A DNA stretch of 64,000 bases from Lachnospiraceae bacterium (GCA_045578645.1 JAZNKQ010000067.1:8295-72294), one strand, 5' to 3'; positions 36,281 to 45,142 are shown, numbered from the stretch's first letter. Notes: generated by a model from the sequence alone, not told the origin. Numbers and translations are program-made.

Positions 36281-38456
36281 CGGCGGTTATCATAACGACT
36301 CCCGGTGAAATAGCTGTTATTTCGCCAAAGCTGTCAACAACGGCAATGCTCTCATCAGAGCTTTTGAAGCTTACCGTATCTGTCGAATAAAGGGGCGTCA
36401 GCTCTGCCTCAAGCTTAAAGGTCCAGCCGACGGTCATTACTCTTCTTCGCTTATTCAGCGAAATATCCGTAGCCTTTCTTATATATGCCATTACATGCTT
36501 AATGGTTTTATTTCCTCTGTAATCTGTTACACAGATGGTGTAGGTACCTTCTTCGTGTACCGTAATCATTATCTGCCCGTTTTCGCCGACAGGAACCTCC
36601 TCTGCAGAAGCAAAGGGGAAGTCTGCTTTGTCATAAAAGCCCTTTGTATATCTTACTGCCTTGATACCGCTCTGATTATCCTTAACCCCGGCAGATATGG
36701 TAATGGTGTCGCGGCTGTCATTAACCGTGATTGCGCATGATGATACGGCGGGAGGAATAATATCCTCAATTACCATGAAATCCTTAAGTGTATAATTACC
36801 GGCTTTATCGCTTATGTAGAAGGTATATCTTCCGGATTTTGAAAGCAGTACGTTATTGTCGGTAACAACAGTGCCTGAGGTTCCGTTTTTGAAATCATCA
36901 CAGGTCCGGCGTCCGTTGTAGTACCGTATCAGATGGAGTCCGGAGGTTCCGATGTCCTCGGGCTGCATGGTAAGCAAAAATGAGTTGTCGTAATAATGCT
37001 TATGTATTTCTGCGGTAGGTGCATCAAAATCATTGAGCAGCAGACTCTTCATTGCAAGAGTATTCAGAAGACTCGGGAGCCCGGCACCGACAAAGCCTTT
37101 AAGAGAATCAAGCGGCTTGCAGCCTGCAAGGATGATTTCCCTTGCGTTTGAGGCATAGAGTCCGTTGCTGCAGGAGTAGAGGAGTGCCGCAATTGCGGAT
37201 ACCTGCGGTGCTGCCATGGAGGAACCGCTCAGTGTGGAATAGGTACCGACAAAGGTACTGAATACATTTGTGCTTGGTGCTACAACATCAACGCTTCCGG
37301 CACCGTAATTTGATTCGTAGGCCATTTCTCCGGTAGGGTCAACATAGCCTACCGAGATAATATTGTCGAGCTCAAAGCAGGCGGGGTAAAGCGGTTGCAA
37401 ATCATTATTGCTGCCGTCGTTGCCTGCTGCGGCAATGAAAAGCATACGTGAGCGTTCGATTGCCGTGTAGAGAGAGGTGCTTTTTGTATATGAACCCCAG
37501 CTCATATTGCATATTTCGGCACCCATCATCTCTGCATATTTTATTGCCTTGATTGCATCCGAAATGCTGCCCTTTTTATCGGGACCGCCGTGTATCTTGA
37601 GTGACATAAGCTTTATATCGCCGACGGAAGCAATGCCTGCAATGCCGATGCCGTTATTTGCCTTTGCGGCAATTATTCCGGCACAGTGTGTTCCGTGGTC
37701 GTCACAGTCGAGCGGCGATGACAGATTGGCATTAAGCTGCTCATTATAATAATAGTGGCAGATGCTTGAATCGCCGTTGTAGAAATCCCAGCCGTAGAAA
37801 TCGTCTATATATCCGTTGCCGTCATCATCGATTCCGTTATCGGCAATTTCGGCATAATTACACCACATGCTGTCTGTAAGCTCAGGGTGCGTATAGTCGA
37901 TACCGGTATCAATAACAGCGATAATAACACTTCTCTTGGGGTCAGGATCTGAATTATAGAATTCCCACCCCTCAGGGCCGTCGATGTCGATTCCGGGAGT
38001 TGAATTCATAATTATCTCGGATGCACCTTCGATTTGACTGTAGCTGCCTGTATTATCGAGCCACCACTGGGTGGAGCTGTAATAATCGTCGGTAGCTGCA
38101 CAGAGCAGAGTTCCGCTGTCGGGTTCGGCGCATACAATTCCGTCCTCCTCCGATAATGCGTTGCAGAGAGCAGCGGCATCTGTATCGGGGGGAAGCTCCA
38201 GAATGGAGAAGTCCTTATCATCAAAGCTGACAAAGGACATAATATCGTATTCACCGAGAATCTCCGAATGTGCTTCGGCGGGAAAGCCGTCCTCCCAGGT
38301 TATGATAATGACTGTGCCCGCAGCTTCCTCGGAAACCGAAACAAAACCGTGGGCAGAAGCCCGGTCGGTATTTATGCCTCCTGCCACACCGGCGTGTGCA
38401 GGGAGTGTGTTTGTACATATTAATAAAGATAAAAACAGAGCAATTATTTTTTTCAT
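36222..38456 (-). CDS. secreted S8 (subtilisin-family) serine peptidase with a C-terminal Big_2-like domain
   Basis: Catalytic triad motifs VIDTGID, HGTHCAGII and SGSSMAAPQVSA, plus a signal peptide. Confidence 0.9.
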   Translation of the reverse strand: MKKIIALFLSLLICTNTLPAHAGVAGGINTDRASAHGFVSVSEEAAGTVIIITWEDGFPAEAHSEILGEYDIMSFVSFDDKDFSILELPPDTDAAALCNALSEEDGIVCAEPDSGTLLCAATDDYYSSTQWWLDNTGSYSQIEGASEIIMNSTPGIDIDGPEGWEFYNSDPDPKRSVIIAVIDTGIDYTHPELTDSMWCNYAEIADNGIDDDGNGYIDDFYGWDFYNGDSSICHYYYNEQLNANLSSPLDCDDHGTHCAGIIAAKANNGIGIAGIASVGDIKLMSLKIHGGPDKKGSISDAIKAIKYAEMMGAEICNMSWGSYTKSTSLYTAIERSRMLFIAAAGNDGSNNDLQPLYPACFELDNIISVGYVDPTGEMAYESNYGAGSVDVVAPSTNVFSTFVGTYSTLSGSSMAAPQVSAIAALLYSCSNGLYASNAREIILAGCKPLDSLKGFVGAGLPSLLNTLAMKSLLLNDFDAPTAEIHKHYYDNSFLLTMQPEDIGTSGLHLIRYYNGRRTCDDFKNGTSGTVVTDNNVLLSKSGRYTFYISDKAGNYTLKDFMVIEDIIPPAVSSCAITVNDSRDTITISAGVKDNQSGIKAVRYTKGFYDKADFPFASAEEVPVGENGQIMITVHEEGTYTICVTDYRGNKTIKHVMAYIRKATDISLNKRRRVMTVGWTFKLEAELTPLYSTDTVSFKSSDESIAVVDSFGEITAISPGVVMITAVTCGGKTAECEITVQEAEN

Positions 38457-38734
38457 TGAATAATCCTCGCGCTGATAGTATACTAATTCTAATGTTTTAT
38501 ATTAATTATAGCAAGTGTTAATTAGAAAATTCCAGACATTTGCATTCGGCTTATGTGAGGATAAAAAGTCCTTGACGCGCTATTTATTCTGTGATATAGT
38601 CAAAAGGCTGGTGACAGTCTTTTTTTTGTGTATTCAGATTTCTGTATAGACATATGCTGTCGCAGGTAACTATATGATATGCCGTGAGCAACATACCACA
38701 TTGCTCATGAGTAAAGAAGACGGAGGTGGAAGTT

Positions 38735-38884
38735 GTGCGAGTAAAGATTACATTGGCATGTACAGAATGCAAGCAACGTAATTACAACATGACGAAAGAA
38801 AAGAAAAATCATCCTGACAGAATGGAAACCAAGAAGTATTGCAGATTCTGCAAGGCGCATACGATGCACAAGGAAACCAAGTAG
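38735..38884 (+). CDS. rpmG: 50S ribosomal protein L33
   Basis: Not in the ORF track. GTG start after GGAGGTGGA. Translates as [49 protein letters not shown]. Confidence 0.9.
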   Translation: MRVKITLACTECKQRNYNMTKEKKNHPDRMETKKYCRFCKAHTMHKETK

Positions 38885-38902
38885 TAGAAAGGAAGGTACT
38901 CT

Positions 38903-39115
38903 ATGGGAGAAACTACTAACAACGTGGCTGCAAAGCCGGCGAAGAAGAGTTGGTTCAAGGGAATCAGGTCCGAGTTCAAGAAGATTACATGGCCGGACAA
39001 GAAAACTTTAGGAAAAGAGACCTTTGCTGTTGTTGTCATTTCTGTTTTACTTGGTCTTGGAATTGCATTACTTGATGCACTTATTAAGTATGGTATCGAC
39101 AAAGTTATTGTTTAA
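38903..39115 (+). CDS. secE: preprotein translocase subunit SecE
   Basis: 70 aa, containing EFKKITWPDKK plus a TM segment, in the conserved position before nusG. Confidence 0.9.
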   Translation: MGETTNNVAAKPAKKSWFKGIRSEFKKITWPDKKTLGKETFAVVVISVLLGLGIALLDALIKYGIDKVIV

Positions 39116-39135
39116 TTAACGGGAATGAGGTAAAT

Positions 39136-39654
39136 ATGGCAGAAGCTAATTGGTATGTTGTACATACCTATTCAGGGTATGAGAACAAGGTCAAAGCGAA
39201 TATTGAGAAAACTATTGAAAACAGAAAGCTTCAAGACCAGATATTAGAAGTATCAGTTCCGCTGCAGGATGTAATCGAAGTTAAGAACGGTGTAAAGAAA
39301 AAGGTTCAGAAGAAGATGTTTCCGGGCTACGTACTGCTTAATATGATCATGAATGATGATACATGGTACGTTGTGCGTAATACACGCGGAGTTACGGGAT
39401 TTGTCGGTCCCGGATCAAAGCCGGTGCCGCTTACGGAAGAGGAAATGAAGAGTATGGGCTTCAGACCGGATGAAATCATTGTTGATTTCGAGGAAGGAGA
39501 TACCGTTACCATTACCTCAGGTGCGTGGGAAAACATGCAGGGAATCATTAAGAAGATTAATACCGAAAAGCAGCTGGTTACAATAAATATCGATATGTTC
39601 GGCAGAGAAACACCTGTTGAGATTAGTTTCACAGACGTTAAGGTAGAAAGATAA
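39136..39654 (+). CDS. nusG: transcription termination/antitermination factor NusG
   Basis: WYVVHTYSGYENKV...FPGYVL... plus a KOW domain. Confidence 0.95.
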   Translation: MAEANWYVVHTYSGYENKVKANIEKTIENRKLQDQILEVSVPLQDVIEVKNGVKKKVQKKMFPGYVLLNMIMNDDTWYVVRNTRGVTGFVGPGSKPVPLTEEEMKSMGFRPDEIIVDFEEGDTVTITSGAWENMQGIIKKINTEKQLVTINIDMFGRETPVEISFTDVKVER

Positions 39655-39682
39655 GTGAAAGGTTTTATGGAGGATTTTTAAA

Positions 39683-40108
39683 ATGGCTAAGAAAGTTACA
39701 GGTTATATCAAATTACAGATTCCAGCTGGAAAGGCTACCCCGGCTCCTCCGGTAGGTCCCGCTCTTGGTCAGCATGGTGTCAATATTGCACAGTTTACTA
39801 AGGAATTCAACGCTAAGACAGCAGATAAGGGTGATTTAATTATCCCTGTTGTTATTACTGTATATGCTGACAGAAGCTTCAGCTTCATCACAAAGACCCC
39901 CCCTGCTGCAGTTCTTTTAAAGAAGGCATGCAACATTAAGACCGCTTCAGGTCAGCCTAACAAGAACAAGGTAGCAAAGATTAAGAAGGCAGAAGTTGAG
40001 AAGATTGCTGAGTTAAAGATGCCTGATCTTAATGCAGCAAGCCTTGAAGCTGCAACCAGTATGATTTGCGGTACAGCAAGAAGTATGGGAATCGTTGTTG
40101 AGGACTAA
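39683..40108 (+). CDS. rplK: 50S ribosomal protein L11
   Basis: [27 protein letters not shown]. Confidence 0.95.
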   Translation: MAKKVTGYIKLQIPAGKATPAPPVGPALGQHGVNIAQFTKEFNAKTADKGDLIIPVVITVYADRSFSFITKTPPAAVLLKKACNIKTASGQPNKNKVAKIKKAEVEKIAELKMPDLNAASLEAATSMICGTARSMGIVVED

Positions 40109-40155
40109 TACAACTACAACTAATTTTTAATCATATAATCATAGAAAAAGTGGAA

Positions 40156-40219
40156 GGGTAAATAACCCCATAATACTACGGGGTAACCCCATAATAATAC
40201 GGGGTAACCCGATAATACC
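40156..40219 (+). repeat. three tandem ~21-nt units in the rplK-rplA spacer, each containing a GGGGTAACCCC mini-hairpin
   Basis: GGGTAAATAACCCCATAATACTAC / GGGGTAACCCCATAATAATAC / GGGGTAACCCGATAATACC, directly upstream of the rplA SD. Confidence 0.7.
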
Positions 40220-40235
40220 ACTGGGAGGTTGAATC

Positions 40236-40931
40236 ATGAAAAGAGGAAAGAAATATATTGAGGTTGCAAAGCTTGTTGACCGTACAGTACAGTATGATGT
40301 TAACGAGGCATGCAGTTTAGTTAAGAAGACATCTATCGCTAAGTTTGATGAGACAATTGAAGCTCATTTCAGACTCGGAGTTGACGGACGTCACGCTGAT
40401 CAGCAGGTTCGTGGTGCGGTTGTATTACCTCACGGAACCGGTAAGACAGTAAGAGTACTTGTTTTTGCTAAGGGCGACAAGGTTGCTGAGGCAGAGGCAG
40501 CAGGTGCTGATTACGTTGGTGGCGATGAGCTCATTCCCAAGATTCAGAACGAAGGCTGGTTTGAGTTTGACGTAGTTGTTGCTACACCTGATATGATGGG
40601 TGTTGTTGGTCGTTTAGGACGTGTTCTCGGACCTAAGGGTCTCATGCCTAACCCTAAGGCAGGTACCGTTACTATGGACGTTACCAAGGCTGTTAAGGAT
40701 ATTAAGGCAGGTAAGATTGAGTACAGACTTGACAAGACAAACATTATCCACTGCCCTGTTGGAAAGGCTTCTTTCTCAGAGGAGCAGCTTGCTGATAACC
40801 TCAACACACTTATCAGTGCATTAATCAAGGCTAAGCCCGCAGCTGCAAAGGGAACATATGTTAAGAGTGCTACAATTGCTTCTTCAATGGGCCCCGGAAT
40901 CAAGCTTAACGCTTCAAAGTTTAATGCATAA
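40236..40931 (+). CDS. rplA: 50S ribosomal protein L1
   Basis: Full-length L1 homologue in the conserved position. Confidence 0.95.
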   Translation: MKRGKKYIEVAKLVDRTVQYDVNEACSLVKKTSIAKFDETIEAHFRLGVDGRHADQQVRGAVVLPHGTGKTVRVLVFAKGDKVAEAEAAGADYVGGDELIPKIQNEGWFEFDVVVATPDMMGVVGRLGRVLGPKGLMPNPKAGTVTMDVTKAVKDIKAGKIEYRLDKTNIIHCPVGKASFSEEQLADNLNTLISALIKAKPAAAKGTYVKSATIASSMGPGIKLNASKFNA

Positions 40932-40984
40932 TATTTAAAAACATTATTGACAAAGCTCGGATAACGTGATATCTTAATCCGTGT

Positions 40985-41125
40985 TGTGAATAGAATATTT
41001 ATAACATCTGCCCGTAGACAGTAGGTACCGTAAGGTGTAAGCGCAGCGCCTACCGAGGATACAGTTGCTTGTATTTGATATACGAATACTGCTTCCCTGT
41101 CACTGGCGGGGGAGCAGTTTTTAAT
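40985..41125 (+). promoter_or_regulatory. rplJ leader (L10-leader-like autoregulatory attenuator) preceded by a TTGACA-17-TATCTT promoter at 40947-40975
   Basis: A structured ~190-nt leader ends in the terminator-like hairpin ACTGCTTCCC...GGGGGAGCAGTTTTT (41088-41122) just before the rplJ SD. The assignment to the Rfam L10 leader is from memory and was not computed. Confidence 0.5.
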
Positions 41126-41165
41126 TATAATTGCTTCCCAATGAAACTATAAGGAGGTATATATC

Positions 41166-41660
41166 ATGGCTAAGGTTGAACTTAAAGCCCCCATTGTCGA
41201 CGAGATCAAGAACTATGCTGATTCAGCAAAGGGCGTTGTTGTTGTTGATTATTGCGGCTTGACGGTTGAGCAGGATACCGCACTTCGTAAGAAGCTCAGA
41301 GAAGCCGGTGTTGTATACAAGGTATACAAGAACACTTTCTTAAAGAGAGCTTTTGCAGGAACGGATTTTGAGCAGCTCGGCCAGGTTCTTGAAGGACCTA
41401 CTGCCGTTGCTTTCAGCGATTCAGACGCTACAGCACCCGGCAGAGTTTTATCTGATTTCATGAAGACAGCACCTGCTCTTGAATTCAAGGCAGGCGTTAT
41501 CGAGGGAACTTACTATGATGCAGCAGGAATGGAAGTTATCGCAAAGATTCCTTCAAAGGATGTTCTTATTTCCAGACTCCTCGGCAGCATGAAGTCACCC
41601 ATCACAAACTTCGCTCGTGTGCTTAATCAGATTGCTGAGAAGCAGGGCGAAAATGCGTAA
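41166..41660 (+). CDS. rplJ: 50S ribosomal protein L10
   Basis: Homology pattern and position. Confidence 0.95.
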   Translation: MAKVELKAPIVDEIKNYADSAKGVVVVDYCGLTVEQDTALRKKLREAGVVYKVYKNTFLKRAFAGTDFEQLGQVLEGPTAVAFSDSDATAPGRVLSDFMKTAPALEFKAGVIEGTYYDAAGMEVIAKIPSKDVLISRLLGSMKSPITNFARVLNQIAEKQGENA

Positions 41661-41690
41661 TATCAAATTATAAAAACGGAGGAAATTATA

Positions 41691-42056
41691 ATGACTACAG
41701 TAGAGTTTATCGATGCTATAAAGAGCATGACAGTTTTAGAGCTTAACGAGTTAGTTAAGGCTTGTGAAGAAGAGTTCGGCGTTAGCGCAGCAGCAGGTGT
41801 TGTTGTAGCAGCTGGTCCTGCAGCAGGTGCAGAGGCAGAAGAGAAGACAGAGTTCAACGTTGAGTTAACAGAAGTTGGCGCAGAGAAGGTTAAGGTTATT
41901 AAGGTTGTTCGTGAAATCACCGGTCTTGGCCTCAAGGAAGCTAAGGATGCTGTTGATGGCGCTCCCAAGGTTATCAAGGAAGGCGCTAGCAAGGCAGAAG
42001 CTGACGAAATCAAGAAGAAGCTTGAGGAAGTTGGAGCTAAGGTTACTCTTAAGTAA
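41691..42056 (+). CDS. rplL: 50S ribosomal protein L7/L12
   Basis: Ala-rich hinge followed by [16 protein letters not shown]. Confidence 0.95.
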   Translation: MTTVEFIDAIKSMTVLELNELVKACEEEFGVSAAAGVVVAAGPAAGAEAEEKTEFNVELTEVGAEKVKVIKVVREITGLGLKEAKDAVDGAPKVIKEGASKAEADEIKKKLEEVGAKVTLK

Positions 42057-42075
42057 TTTAAACGACAATGCAGAG

Positions 42076-42116
42076 TGTCCCTTTATGGTTGATGAAATCA
42101 TAAAGGGACATTTTTT
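42076..42116 (+). terminator. intrinsic terminator after rplL
   Basis: TGTCCCTTTATG / CATAAAGGGACA stem followed by TTTTTT. Confidence 0.85.
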
Positions 42117-42468
42117 GTATAGCGGGAACGGGCTTTCTGCACGAAGCATTTATTATACACTTTGAGACATGAGCGTAATTAATTATACACTTTCGCGTAT
42201 TTTGTCGAATAACATCATATGGCAATCCGATTGTAATGGGAAATTGAGGAATTTTCCGGCAGGCGGGTTGCCATTTTTTGCGTTATTGTATAAAAAATAG
42301 GCTTTAAAACCTATACACTGCGAATTTTGACGATTTTTGAAGAAAATGATAGATTATCGAGTGTATAAAGTGTATAGTTTTCTTTGGGTATACAGTAGTA
42401 ATATATCGCCGGCATACGGAATAGGTATATCGTAGGTATACGAAGATAGAGAAAAGGAGAGGGGTCCT

Positions 42469-45021
42469 ATGAAATCGAACAAAGAAAAAGTATATGACTT
42501 TATAAAGCTTCATGATAATGAGGAGCGTGGCGGCGGAGTTTCAACCTCGTATATAGCGGATGCACTGGAGCTCCAGCGAACAAATGTGAGTAGTGCGCTG
42601 AATCTGCTCGTTTCGGAGGGGAGAATTCAAAAGAGGAACGGAAGACCGGTTCTTTATGGGATTATTCATGCTGAAAATGCAGAAGGCAATGACTGCTTTT
42701 CTGATCTTACGGGGCATGACGGCAGCTTAAAGCGCGCGATACAGCTTGCGAAGGCGGCTGTGTTATATCCCGAAAAAGCGCTTAATTCGATGCTGGTAGG
42801 TGCGCGGGGAACGGGAAAAAGCCGTATGGCGAAGCGAATGTATCAGTTTGCGGTTGAGCAGGCTGTACTTCCTCAAAATTCGCCGTTTATCCGGGTTGAT
42901 TGTCACGATTATCGTTCGAAGGAGCATCTTGCGGAGGAGCTTGCAGAAATTTGGAAGAAGGCATCCAATGGGGTGGTTTTTCTTGATAATATACAGTTTC
43001 TCAGCAGCCGTGCACGAAAAGAGGTACTTGAATATGTGCGTTCGAAGGAGCGTAATTATGCATTGATTGTGAGCTGTACGGACCGTGGCTGTCTGCCGGA
43101 TGAGTTTCTTGCGGAGTTTCCGATACAGATTGAGCTTCCGGCTCTTTCGCAGCGACCGGTCAGCGAACGGTTTGAGATGGTAAAGAAGCTGCTGCAAAAG
43201 GAAGCGGCACGAATTGGGAGGACTCTTATTATTCGCAGTGAACTGATGCGGTGCCTGCTGCTTTATGAATGCGAAGCCAATTATTATCAGCTGAAGGGTG
43301 ATATAAAAATCGGCTGCGCCAACGCCTATGTAAGGGAGTATAAAAACAAAGAGGATATAAGGCTGTTTGCGGGTGATTTTGCAAATCCGGTAAGGAAGGG
43401 CTTTTTAAGGTATCACTTGTACAGGAGAGAAATCGACGAGCTGATTTCTTCGGACCAAAGCTACATTTTTGACGGTAAGACCGTCAGTGTAAGTGCGTCC
43501 GATAAGAACAGTCTGTATGACAAATTGAATAAGAAGGCTGCGACGCTTAACGAGACCGGATTTGAGGAGGATGAAATAGGTCTGATTCTGAGTGCGGAGG
43601 TTGAGCGGTCGTTTGGAGAATATCAGAAGGATCTGCTGCGTGATGTGGGGGATAAGAGTCAGCTTGAGGCGCTGGCAGACGCAAAGCTGATTCAATTGGT
43701 TGAACAGTTTTTGAAGGATGCGGAAGCGCATCTTGACAGGAAGCTGTCGGACTCTGTTTTTTACGGTCTGTGTCTTCATCTGAATGCGGTAATAGCCGGA
43801 AGGAGAGAGCCGGAGCAGCCTGATAAGAGCCGGATAGCAGATATTCTCGGAAACCATAAAAGGGAATATCTGCTGAGTGCGGAATTTGCAGAGAGGCTTG
43901 CGAAGGAATATGATATAGAGCTTGCAATGGGTGAGATAATCCTGATTACTATGTTTCTCTGCTTTGAAAATGAGGAGCTGCCGCAGAGCGGAAAGCCGGT
44001 TATTCTGTATGCGCTTTACGGAGAAGGAATTGCGACGGCTATAGTTAAGGCTATTACGGGAATGACAAAATGGGATAATGTATTTCCGTACGAGCTGACC
44101 GGCGATAAAAATTCTGTTGAAACCTATGAGGCGCTGAAGGAGTACATTGCGGGGATAAACAGAGGAAAAGGGGTTCTGGTTGTATACGACAGCGGCTCCC
44201 TGCCTGAAATGCTGTCGGAGATTGAGGAGGAGCTTGACATTCCTATAAGACAGATTCCGATGCCTGTTACGACAATCGGAATTGAGCTTGCACGCAGAAC
44301 CATGACTGAGGATAACGCTGATATGGTATTGCGCAGTGCGATAAAGAATGTCGGAGCAGTCGGCGCATTCAGGAATAATTATATCGTAACGCTTTGCACG
44401 ACGGGCAAGGGAAGTGCGGAGGAGCTTAAGCGGTATATTGAAAGGAACGGACAGCTTAAGGATACGGAAGTTATCGCAATGTCGTATAGCGAAAGAGATG
44501 TGCTTTCGCAGGAATTCAGAAAGCTTATGCGGAACGGTATTATTAACTGTGTTGTGGGAACCTTTGACCCGCAGCTGTTTTCAATACCCTTTATTTCAAT
44601 CAGCGAGGTTTTCAGCGTCAGAAAGGACGGACTTCCAAAGCTTCTTTGTCTGGAGAAGGAAGCAAAGTCGCGAATTGATTACAATGCAATGTTTGATTAT
44701 CTGGGAGAGCAGCTTTGTTATGTAAATACAGATAAATTGAGAAAGTTGCTGCCTGAGACGCTGAGAGTAATAAATTCGGAGATTTCCGAGCTGTCGCTGG
44801 ATACGGAAGCGGGACTGCTGATTCATATTTCCTGCTGCATTGACCGTCTTATTGCAAAGGAGCCTACGGCGACGAACCCGAGGAAGAAAATGATACTTTC
44901 AAAGTATGATAAGGAATTCAGGGAACTGCTCAGGATTTTCAGACCGATTGAAAAAACATTTCATATCATTATAAATGACGATGAGATTGCCAATATACTT
45001 ATGATTATATATCAACTGTAG
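42469..45021 (+). CDS. LevR-like PRD-domain transcriptional regulator (wHTH, degenerate AAA+/sigma-54-interaction domain, PRD, EIIA-Man-like, EIIB-Gat-like, PRD)
   Basis: Walker A GARGTGKS, PRD-like segments (LCLHLNAV, LLIHISCCIDRL) and an EIIB-like LCTTGKGSAEEL. It lies directly upstream of the PTS operon. Confidence 0.8.
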   Translation: MKSNKEKVYDFIKLHDNEERGGGVSTSYIADALELQRTNVSSALNLLVSEGRIQKRNGRPVLYGIIHAENAEGNDCFSDLTGHDGSLKRAIQLAKAAVLYPEKALNSMLVGARGTGKSRMAKRMYQFAVEQAVLPQNSPFIRVDCHDYRSKEHLAEELAEIWKKASNGVVFLDNIQFLSSRARKEVLEYVRSKERNYALIVSCTDRGCLPDEFLAEFPIQIELPALSQRPVSERFEMVKKLLQKEAARIGRTLIIRSELMRCLLLYECEANYYQLKGDIKIGCANAYVREYKNKEDIRLFAGDFANPVRKGFLRYHLYRREIDELISSDQSYIFDGKTVSVSASDKNSLYDKLNKKAATLNETGFEEDEIGLILSAEVERSFGEYQKDLLRDVGDKSQLEALADAKLIQLVEQFLKDAEAHLDRKLSDSVFYGLCLHLNAVIAGRREPEQPDKSRIADILGNHKREYLLSAEFAERLAKEYDIELAMGEIILITMFLCFENEELPQSGKPVILYALYGEGIATAIVKAITGMTKWDNVFPYELTGDKNSVETYEALKEYIAGINRGKGVLVVYDSGSLPEMLSEIEEELDIPIRQIPMPVTTIGIELARRTMTEDNADMVLRSAIKNVGAVGAFRNNYIVTLCTTGKGSAEELKRYIERNGQLKDTEVIAMSYSERDVLSQEFRKLMRNGIINCVVGTFDPQLFSIPFISISEVFSVRKDGLPKLLCLEKEAKSRIDYNAMFDYLGEQLCYVNTDKLRKLLPETLRVINSEISELSLDTEAGLLIHISCCIDRLIAKEPTATNPRKKMILSKYDKEFRELLRIFRPIEKTFHIIINDDEIANILMIIYQL

Positions 45022-45033
45022 AATGGGAGGATA

Positions 45034-45130
45034 GTGTGAAAAATCATATATTAGATTTTTCACACGGCTATTTGTTTCTGAGCGAAAGCAAATAGCCATT
45101 GCGATATTCTTCGCGACAGGTCGCTTGGAG
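45034..45130 (+). repeat. conserved ~100-nt structured leader element, copy B (upstream of the PTS IIA gene)
   Basis: GTGTGAAAAATC-N8-GATTTTTCACAC (perfect 12-bp inverted repeat), GGCTATTTG-N14-CAAATAGCC, and a conserved 3' segment ending at the SD. Confidence 0.9.
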
Positions 45131-45142
45131 ATGGAGGATAAA

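Noticed and set aside
40156-40219. The tandem repeat as a CRISPR array.
   Set aside because: There are only three ~21-nt units with no unique spacers between them, they sit inside a ribosomal protein operon, and there are no cas genes.
42304-42513. A 69-aa minus-strand ORF in the rplL-regulator spacer.
   Set aside because: It overlaps the regulator start and promoter region, it is an AT-rich chance ORF, and it has no SD.
45034-45130. Reading the repeated leader element as a sigma-54 (-24/-12) promoter, a cre site or a LicT/SacY-type RAT antiterminator target.
   Set aside because: None of the three copies has a TGGCAC-N5-TTGCW match with correct GG/GC spacing. CTGAGCGAAAGCAAA does not fit the cre consensus TGWAANCGNTNWCA as I recall it. 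There is no similarity to the RAT consensus, and no terminator with a U-tract follows the hairpins.
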